Assembly (NCBI GenBank): GCA_002269645.1 | Contig: NIVC01000066.1 | Span: 1 to 39,796, forward strand | From: Macrostomum lignano | Taxonomy: Eukaryota | Length of the DNA stretch: 39,796 bases | Direction of reading: 5' to 3' | Part shown: positions 31,567-39,796 of the stretch, piece after piece | Layout: each line of letters opens with the position of its first letter | How positions within the stretch are numbered: the first letter of the stretch is position 1 | Notes under the pieces: model-generated | What the model was told of the DNA's origin: nothing | The model's input: only the letters and a program-made list of their open reading frames with translations | Database searches by the model: none | Program-made: the position numbers and the translations under genes

Positions 31567-32114
31567 ACGTCGCTTGGAGATATCTCTTCTGTAGTCTTCG
31601 AGTAGATCTCGCTTGTCTCTATGTGATCTCGTAGATCAGGCGCCTTGATTCTTCAGTTGCTCTGGTCCTGGTTCCTCTTGTACAGTACTTCCGATAAGTT
31701 CCTCCGGCCGGTATCTTCAGTCAGGACCAATCAGAGGCCTCGTATCAACAATGGGTACCCTGCGCCGAACAGCGGTTTGAATTAAGCCTCCTTCTTCTAG
31801 CAGTGCCTTTATGCACTCTAGGTATAGCTCCGGAAACCACTGATAGTCCTCTAAGATCTATCAGGGGCAGTCCTTCTGGAGACTGCAACCAATGGAGTCT
31901 AAACAGACTCAAGAGTCTCAACAGACTCAAATAGACTCAAGTCTCAATAGACTTGAGCGAGACGTCTCTAACACAACGGGCGCAAATAAGGAAGGCTTAC
32001 CGCAACAACTCGACCGAGTCTCGATTGCCTTGGTGATCAGGAAGTCCTAAGGCTTCCTCTTCGGAGCTTCTCCTCTCGTCGGGAGTTGGCTCCTGGTCCG
32101 CTTCGGACCGCTTG

Positions 32115-32122
32115 TATTTATA
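32115..32122 (-). promoter_or_regulatory. TATA box of unit B1
   Basis: TGCCTATAAATACAAG on the minus strand in all three units, followed by a GGTCC-N5-GGACC hairpin and a CG/GTAAGC donor 110-120 nt downstream. Confidence 0.55.
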
Positions 32123-32841
32123 GGCAACTTTTTGATCCAAAATAGCATCATTACAAACCACGTGTTGCGCTAAAAGGGGAAAATGGCTCATGGCGTATCA
32201 TTTTGGTAACATCTTTTCCTGGTAGCGTGATTCATTCAAAGCTTAGGCGCACATGCGTGTACTTACTTACTTGTAGTAGCATTATACGATTATCTTCTTT
32301 TAACCTTTTTTTAACGGGAGGTAGAACACTCTACAAGTGCTCTTCCTGTGAGTTGATCTCGCAATAGGATTCAGTTAGATCAGTTGATCTGGCGCCTTAC
32401 TTCTTGTCTCTGTTCCGAGTCTTCTTTGTGCTCCTTGACTTCTTGCCGGCCGGTGTGGTATCTGTAGTTCGGACCAATAGGAAGCTTCGAATTAACAATG
32501 GGATCCCTGTGCCTTACTTTGGTTTCTAGAAAGCCTTTTCCTTCTAGAGCGCTGCTATGCACTCTAGGTATGGCTCCGGTAAGCTCTGATAGTCTTCTAA
32601 GATCTATCAGGGTTAGTCCTTCTGGAGACTACGACCAATGGATTCTTAATGGATTCAAGAGTCTTAACAGACTCTAACTCAACAACAATACGAGTCGACT
32701 CTAAAAACGGGTGCAAATGAGAAAGGCTTACCGCAAGAACTCGAACGAGTCTAGGTAGGAAGTCTCCTGATGGCTTCCTCTTCGGAGCTGCTCCTTCTGG
32801 AGTCTAAAATCTGAAGCTCCGGGTCCGCTCTGGACCACTTG

Positions 32842-32849
32842 TATTTATA
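32842..32849 (-). promoter_or_regulatory. TATA box of unit B2
   Basis: As for B1; donor at 32726-32731. Confidence 0.55.
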
Positions 32850-33290
32850 GGCAATCGGACCCCACATGAGGTTCATTGTCTTAAATGTCAAAGGTTCACG
32901 GATTGGTTGCTGTCAAACATGGCATGGTAGAAAGTTACTTCATTGGTTTAGTGTAAGCGCGCATGATAGGGTACAGCAGCTCAGTTATTTTTAGATATTT
33001 GATCACTTCTAGGTTGATCAAATTATTTGTATGGGTTAGTGCATATCTTTATACATGCTACTTGTCTTACTACTATATAAGTAGTACGTTAACAATTTTA
33101 TGGATTTTTGAGAGAGGCTGAATACTCTACAAAATCTCCCATGTTACAAAAAACTCGTCCCGAGTTTGAATAATAATATAAATTTACAGAAACCTCTTGA
33201 ACTTGATATGGTATATATTTATATTGTCGGTATGTTACATTGTATACATTAGTAGTGGATAGTTCTGTCACAGTTAATGGAAAGTTATCA

Positions 33291-33593
33291 TCAGATAAAT
33301 GCAGATGACACTTGCCCCTGTGTTGATGCCGCTCGGACGATCAGCCGAAACCGATTCTGAGTACGGCTGTTGTCTGGCGCGCAGCATGCCACCGCCCAGA
33401 ATGTCGGCTGAAAGCGTGTGAAGCGCGGTTCCTCTGTGCGCTCGAGTATCATCAGGTAGGCGTCAATACTCGTGAGCCCAGGGTGCTCGCGAGCCAGGCT
33501 CCTGGCAATGCCAAGGACGTGACGCCACGACTCCTGATGCCGGTGCGGCCACGGCCACGACCGGACGGCGATGGACAACTGCTCGAAGGTCAA
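33291..33593 (-). pseudogene. N-terminally truncated paralog of the C-terminal domain of the RING protein
   Basis: TFEQLSIAVRSWPWPHRHQESWRHVLGIARSLAREH...IDAYLMILERTEEPRF aligns with 35118-35380; no ATG; joined directly to motif copy b. Confidence 0.65.
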
Positions 33594-33596
33594 GCT

Positions 33597-33698
33597 TAAT
33601 GTGTTTCTTATTACCAGATTTTCTTTGTAATCAAGGAACCACCACTTCTAGCTCGATGCTAGGCAACCCAGTTATCAGTAATGGTACTGTTTACCTTG
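33597..33698 (-). ncRNA. Three-hairpin motif, copy b
   Basis: Same architecture; most divergent copy. Confidence 0.4.
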
Positions 33699-33861
33699 AC
33701 TTCAGTTGAGATATCCCTTAGTTGTTCTCTGGTAGGTCTCGTGTCGATCTCTACGTGAGTAGTTCTCAATCTTCTTCTTCGTACACGTCGATTGATGACC
33801 AGGTCCGAATCTCTGGTAGTCCTTCGGGTGAAGTAGTTGAAGTAGTTGGTCGTTCGGACCA

Positions 33862-33966
33862 ATGATGTGTTCCTTATTACTAGACTTTATCTGTAATCAA
33901 AGAACACTTACTTCTAGCTCTTTAGCTAGGCAACCCAGTAATCAAATGAAGGTATCTGTTACCTTA
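33862..33966 (-). ncRNA. Three-hairpin motif, copy a
   Basis: Same architecture. Confidence 0.45.
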
Positions 33967-34487
33967 ACTCCGGAGTAGTTTCCTCAATACTTCTTGGGTC
34001 GACCTCGAGCGTAGATCTCGATGTAGATCTCGTCAACTTCTAGACGTCTAGGGTTAGTAGACCAGGTCCGAGTTCCTTTCACTTCTGGTTAAGTAGTTCC
34101 GGCCGGTATCTGTAGTTCGGACCAATAAGAAGCTTCGTATTAACAATGGGTACCCTGCGCCAAAACTGCGGTTTAAGTCAAGCCTACTCCTTCTAGCAGT
34201 GCCTCTATGCACTCTAGGTGTAGCTCCGGTAATCACTGATAGTCTACCAAGATCTATCAGGGTAGTCCTTCTGGAGACTGCTGCCAATGGAGTCTCAATA
34301 GACTCAAGAGTCTCAACAGACTCTAACCCAACACAAGTGAGACGTCTCAATCAACGGGCGCAAATGAGAAAGGCTTACCGCAAGAACTCGAGCGAGTTTA
34401 GCTAGGAAGTCCTCTAGTGGCTTCCTCCTCGGAGCTGCTCCTTCTGGAGTCCAAAATCTGAGGCTCCGGTCCGCTCTGGACCACTTG

Positions 34488-34495
34488 TATTTATA
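34488..34495 (-). promoter_or_regulatory. TATA box of unit B3
   Basis: As for B1; donor at 34373-34378. Confidence 0.55.
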
Positions 34496-35117
34496 GGCAA
34501 ACGGACCCCACATGAGGTCACGTGAGTTCGACTTCTCAACTGTCAAAGGGTCACGGTTTGCTTGCTGTCAAACATGGCAGGTTAGAAAGTTACTCCATTG
34601 GTTTAGTGTAAAAACGCATGATTGGTTACCGCATTTGAGTTATTTTTAGTTAAATTTGATTGATTGGTTCACTTGAGTGCATGCTGAATGATGCATTTCA
34701 CCTGCGGTTTAAGCTGACAAGCGCGGGTCACACGAGATTGGGTGATTTCTAAAATTCGCATGCTCGAGATTTCTCTCTTTCTATTGGTTGATTCAAATAT
34801 ATATATGGTTCAGCGCATCTCCTTATTCATGCTCCTCATTTTACTACTATATAAGTAGTACGTTAACAATTTTAAAAAGCTTTTCTGGGGGGTATAATAC
34901 TCTACAACATCTCCCTTTTTTACGAAAAAACTCGTCCCGAGTTTTAATAATGACAGAAAATGCATGAGTAAAGTTTCTATATAGGGAGTATATTTAGCAC
35001 TGTCAATTTTACACTGAATATGTCAGTAAGGGTTAGTACTAGTCTAAAGTTATTAACAGTGAAATGGAGCTGGCCTTTTTCTCCGCCGTCTGTCCGATGT
35101 TTGTGCTACCGAGACGT

Positions 35118-35753
35118 TCAGCCGAATCCAAGCCTGAGCACGGTGGAGACCTGCTGCGCAGACCGCGCAGCCAGGCATGCCACGGCCCAGGTCAACGACT
35201 GAAACCTGACGAAGCGAGGGTCTTCTGTCCGCTCCAGCAGATACAGGTAGGCGTCGACGGCGGTGAGCTCCGAGTGCTCACGCGCCAGGTCCCGTGCGAT
35301 GTTGAGCACGGTACGCCACGACGCCTGGTGCTAGGGCGGCCAGGGCCACGACCGAACGGCAATCGCCAACTGTTCTAACGTCATGAGGTCGGGATTGGTG
35401 AGCGACAGCTCAGGCACTGCTGACATAGAAGCCAGCAAAAGGACTGTCGAGTGTGTCACCGCCTCCATACACACGGTGCACGTTTGAATGTCGCGTGCAC
35501 CGTACTTTCGAAGACAGTCAGCACAGACCCAGTGCCGGTTCGCACAAACCCGGAACTGGGGCTGTTCGCCGCACAGGGCACAGGTGACCCTCGCTCTGCG
35601 ACACGTTGGACACGTCGTTACCATCGTGACTGTGCCTTCTAGTTGCCGGGCTGCTGTGTCGCAGGGGAGACACACTTGGTGTCCCCACTCGCAGGTCGGG
35701 AGCATGAAATCCCGCATCTCGAGGCAGCATGGACATGGTGTGTTCTTGGCCAT
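35118..35753 (-). CDS. Tandem C3HC4 RING-finger protein with a C-terminal domain beyond an in-frame TAG
   Basis: C-x2-C-x10-C-x3-H-x2-C-x2-C-x16-C-x2-C and C-x2-C-x8-C-x3-H-x2-C-x2-C-x11-C-x2-C; TAG at 35331-35333 is in frame with 35118-35330; ATG directly preceded by TTTCACCCGCAG. Confidence 0.8.
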
Positions 35754-35822
35754 CTGCGGGTGAAACGTATTGTTATTATAAAATAGTCAGGGGCTATCCT
35801 GCATACATAACCAGCACATATC

Positions 35823-36179
35823 TTAGTAGTCAGATCGTAAAAGCCATATAAAATAACTACGTGACCTAATTAACCGTTGTAACGCATGACAATAGATATG
35901 CAATGTCCAATGAAACTCGTTATGAGCCTGCAAAAACTGTCTTAGATGACGTTCTATGTCAAAAGGTAACATGTGTCGCAATATGCCTTGAGCGTTATGT
36001 GCGTAAAGAAGCAGTTCGTTACGTGATCGTCGAGTGAAGCGAGGGACTGGCCAAAACTCCAGTCGCTGCTCGATACTTATAGCGGTTAGGGTGCGAATAT
36101 GGTGAACATTTAAACATCGCGCGGCGTCGGGTTTGATACGGCACCATTTCTTACATGTAAAGGTGCGGCTACATGACAT
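35823..36179 (-). CDS. Unknown 118-aa protein
   Basis: ATG-initiated, helical-looking, collinear with and immediately upstream of the RING gene. Confidence 0.45.
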   Translation of the reverse strand: MSCSRTFTCKKWCRIKPDAARCLNVHHIRTLTAISIEQRLEFWPVPRFTRRSRNELLLYAHNAQGILRHMLPFDIERHLRQFLQAHNEFHWTLHIYCHALQRLIRSRSYFIWLLRSDY

Positions 36180-37640
36180 ACTACGCTCGTACGACTTTTC
36201 CTATCACCCCGCCCCAGCACAAATGTACATTATTCAACAGTCTGCCTCTCGCCTGCGCCAGCGTACACCCGCTGTTATTCTTCGTCCCCTGTTATCGATC
36301 TCATAAGAAAGACCTCTTTCGCTCTCTTTAAAATCGCTTAAATCACTGTGTTAAGAAGTTTAGGAGTGTAGCCGTGTAGGACAGGAGTATTTCGCTAAAA
36401 TCGCATTTAAAGCAAGACAATGATTCAACAACAGATTATCATTGCATTAAGGAACCAGGCTAACCAGATGCGCGCACTCACTCGAGCTATTGTGGCACTC
36501 CAGTCAAAATTCAATGGCTCTACACAGCCGCTGAGTCGCACTTCAAAGCACCAGTTGCAGTCCGCACCATTCAGTGGCACTGAAAAACCAGTCGGACTGC
36601 TAACAGCAACAAAGTTGTTGTTGTGTTCATCTATTCGCTAGTATCGTGGGTTGTTCGCTGCTACAAGTTTTGGTAGGTTTAAATTGCCTATGTGAATATT
36701 TCAACTCATGTTCTCCAGTTTTGTTTCATTGTTTCATCCTTTTTAACATCAGCGCATCGCGCGCGGCTCGATCAAGAACGCCACCGCAGTCGCCTTCAAT
36801 CTCAGCAAGTGGACAACCAACCCAAGAGACAGGTCTGCACTATCCCCGGATCGACCCCTCAACGCGAATGGCACGCGATTCCCCTGCAGAGTATCAATGA
36901 GGGATGAGAGTCGCCAAACCAAACTGGAGAGTCAATAGAATTAGATAGCGTTCCATCGCAGCGGATGCAAGGCCTCACTGCCCAGGCTCTGGTGTGATAG
37001 GAACCACAATTTATTGAACTACAAGACAAGACGAGGGTAAGATAAGACAGGATGAGATACATGTACGACAGGGTGATAAAAAGAACGTATAGACGACCGA
37101 AATAATCATTTTAGGTTCAGTTCCTAAAATCATGTAAAAATGAATTGTTGGCATCATACTACTAAATTGCATAAGTAGAGTAGTTTGCGAAAATACAGTG
37201 TAAGCAATAGTTACTAGATTGGCATTTCCAATGGAACGGTACTAACAACAACACGGTGCAAATTTTTTTACATTTTTTTAATATTTTTGTATCTGCGATC
37301 AGCAGACCCGCCTATCTTCTGTAACTCTTCATACTGCTTAAATTTATTTTAAATTGTAGCTTAATGCTTAAATGTAATTTCCGTGTGCTTGATGCTATGT
37401 CATTTGCCCATTCTTCATTTTTAACACTTTATCGCCATCGATGCTAACTTTCCCATTATTATTTGGGAAATTTAAATTTAAATTTTAGAATTTTAAATTT
37501 ATTTGCGGTTTACTCGTTTTACTATAGATAAAAAATACACAAGAAACTATAAAACAGCGTACGTACATCAGTTGTTTTTCAAAGATTATATGCTATTAAA
37601 TTACATCAAAGTTCAATGTTCCGATCAAACCTCAGTTCAG

Positions 37641-37838
37641 TTAATTGTCTGTCGTTAGATCAAAATACTCCTCTGTCTTTATCCCAGCACTTCTTCCATC
37701 GTCGATGTTTAACCGATAGCCGTCCCTCCCGGTACTCGTCGACACCAGAACGATCTCCACGCGTACATTTCCTCTTTCATATATTCCGACCGTACCTTCG
37801 TAGCCAGGTGGGGTCTGTTAAATACCCCGTTTTTTTGG
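37641..37838 (-). CDS. Coding exon of the unknown small-protein family (copy A')
   Basis: PPGYEGTVG...VEIVLVSTS...GYRLNI...EEYFDLTTDN*; 87-nt GT-AG intron at 37839-37925; the first codons are disrupted as assembled. Confidence 0.6.
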
Positions 37839-38090
37839 CTGGAAGAGGTAGAAATGTAAAACATTACTGTAAGATCGTTTAAAGATATTTGTTAAACATA
37901 AAGTCGAATATATAACTGTGCTCACCTTCTTTGACGTACCGCTCAGCTAAGGCTTTTTGTTGAGCCGTCTTGTCCATAGCTTTGCTGGATAAAAATAATC
38001 TTTTTATCTTTATATTCAAAAATTCTTTTGGAACGCGGCTAATTTGGATTTGTTAGACTGCATCCCCTCTCCTTTTATATAGAGTTGCTG

Positions 38091-38342
38091 TTATCGAACG
38101 GAGCGTGCGGTTGTTTGATTCTGAAGGAATGAGCGATCAGCCCCATCATCTTTATCCCTTGCTACAACTGTCTTCTTCGTCTTAACCCCACTAACTTTTA
38201 TATATACAACAGCTGACACAGTTCCCCTAGTGGCATTTTCAGCCTTGGCACCAACTGTTTCAGTCTTGACTGCATTTATCATCCCCCTTTCCATTAGTAG
38301 ACCATTCCTATTTAAAGGATTTCTAAGAAGACCAACTGTCAT
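38091..38342 (-). CDS. Unknown ORF, paralog of 30868-31062
   Basis: Shared SAVVYxKVSGVK...VVARxKxDG block. Confidence 0.5.
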   Translation of the reverse strand: MTVGLLRNPLNRNGLLMERGMINAVKTETVGAKAENATRGTVSAVVYIKVSGVKTKKTVVARDKDDGADRSFLQNQTTARSVR

Positions 38343-38959
38343 TCGCCATTAAAATGAAAAAATTATCGTCTTGCTAATTGCATGCAAAATTTGAAAAAAT
38401 CTGGGCGCGGGTTGTCCCTTTGACATTTTGGTAAAAGCATGCGGAATGTTGTTTTTTCATCCGGGCTACAGCTGCATGCCATTTGCTGAGGCTTATATAA
38501 GGGACTAGTCCCACAGCCGCCTAGCAACAACGAAGTGTCTCGAAGGAGGCCCTCGAATGCAAGGATGCCGCAATTATCTTCGGCAGGGCAGAAAAGTGGA
38601 ACAAACACGAAAACGGACTGCGAACTCTGGCCTGGAGACCCAGTTCTACATGCCGGGAGCTGCTGCCGCTCGTTTTTCAGACCACAAAGCCGGTAGAGGT
38701 CTTTCGCGGCATCACCCGAATATAAGTTTCCTAGTTGGCCGCAAACTAAGAACCTTACATATGATTAATAGTAATTCAAACGAGGTAGAATATGCTTGGA
38801 TGTTATTTACCGATCAACCATATAATTATATTTACTACTGCATTTTCAACGTTTGTATTAATAAGTAAATAAGCAAATAAGCGAGCTACAAGCTACAAGC
38901 AGGAGAATAAGTCTGAGACACTACGGTATAACTAAGCTACTCAAATACTCCTATTAATC

Positions 38960-38979
38960 TATATATATATATATATATA
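38960..38979. repeat. (TA)10 microsatellite
   Basis: Direct reading. Confidence 0.95.
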
Positions 38980-39796
38980 AATTACGCCTATCTACCTGGT
39001 CTGAGACCGATACGCCACTATTCATAAATCTATAGTCATGGCAGTGCTCAGTCTTACCCTCCGGTCACAGGGTCTGCAGAAGCGGTCGTCGTGATTTAGA
39101 AACTATTAAGCAATCCAAAAGTTAATACAAGGCGTGTAAAAGAGAGTGAAAAGAGAGTGAGAAAAGGGGTAAAGTTTTTAGCATTTAACCCCTCGCTTAT
39201 TTATAGTAAATTTCCCCGATGAAGTCCCTGTGAAACTGTCTGCGTTATCATTTCCCACGTCTTCCAGCCACCGCGCAATTCCGGCCGATTCTCACGGTTC
39301 CCCTTTCTCGTGCGATTACTGAAATGCCTCTGTTAAAAATGTAATTGAACCCCGCCCCACATAAAGCATACAACCCCTCTAAAGTGGAAGCAGACTTTTA
39401 GGGCGGCCTGCACTCGCCCTTTGCAATGCCGTCATCAAGCACTTGTGGCTTTTTGTAAGAGTGCAGCTGTCCACAACTGCTACACTCCACCACGCTCTGA
39501 TAACAATGCAATTCCCTAATTATTGCCTAATTTAGTCCCTAATACTACTTCCTAAAATAGTCCCTAAATAGTCCCTAAGGCCTACATGCATATGAAATTG
39601 AATCCTTATAATCACCATACAGAACATTAGGTGCTGCATGACGGTGACGCGCTCTGCATCAACTGATAACTTGCCACAGAGCAGCGGTGCGGAGGAATCA
39701 CCGATACAAAAACCGATGGCAGCGAAAAGAGACCTCCGATGCGAAAGGCGAAACACCAGAGCCGGCAGCTGTCCGAAAACGCAAAAAACGGACTAG

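Noticed and set aside
31099-33966. Three-hairpin motif as hammerhead, twister, pistol, HDV-like or hairpin ribozyme, C/D or H/ACA snoRNA, or SL RNA
   Set aside because: Required cores (CUGAUGA/GAAA, D box, ANANNA H box, Sm site and others) are not conserved across the five copies on either strand by eye; only partial look-alikes such as TGATGT, a terminal ACA and AAG/GTAA were seen.
31278-34546. Arg-rich ORFs in the B units as real proteins
   Set aside because: Paralogous segments switch frame between copies; conservation tracks stems rather than codons.
29691-37256. CGTGTTGTTG(C/T)TA inverted match as termini of an element
   Set aside because: Short, low complexity, no TSD, and it would exclude the A' paralog.

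Overview
Eukaryotic (animal-type) genomic DNA; the species cannot be determined from the sequence. (1) 0.1-4.9 kb: two truncated, internally deleted RNase H-bearing non-LTR retrotransposon copies (LOA/R1-like). The first is split by a 1988-bp TG...CA insertion with a 4-bp target duplication, probably a solo LTR. (2) 5-13.3 kb: AT-rich non-coding DNA with a ~200-bp foldback, a 28-bp minisatellite and a 34-bp tandem array. (3) 13320-29587: an apparently complete ~16.3-kb Polinton/Maverick (adintovirus-like) element. It has terminal inverted repeats, major and minor capsid genes, a packaging ATPase, an adenain-like protease, protein-primed PolB, a DDE integrase, a parvovirus-type PLA2, an adenovirus pX-like core protein missed by the ORF track, and several accessory ORFs. 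Most frameshifts I could resolve are single-base losses in short homopolymers, so the element may be intact in vivo. (4) 30-39.3 kb: an unexplained compact minus-strand array of duplicated units. It contains short spliced coding units in two copies, a tandem-RING gene with an in-frame TAG, and three TATA-driven units. Two of those units carry five copies of a ~104-nt multi-hairpin motif with compensatory base changes, whose last hairpin has pre-miRNA-like geometry. That motif array is the strongest candidate here for an undescribed system.
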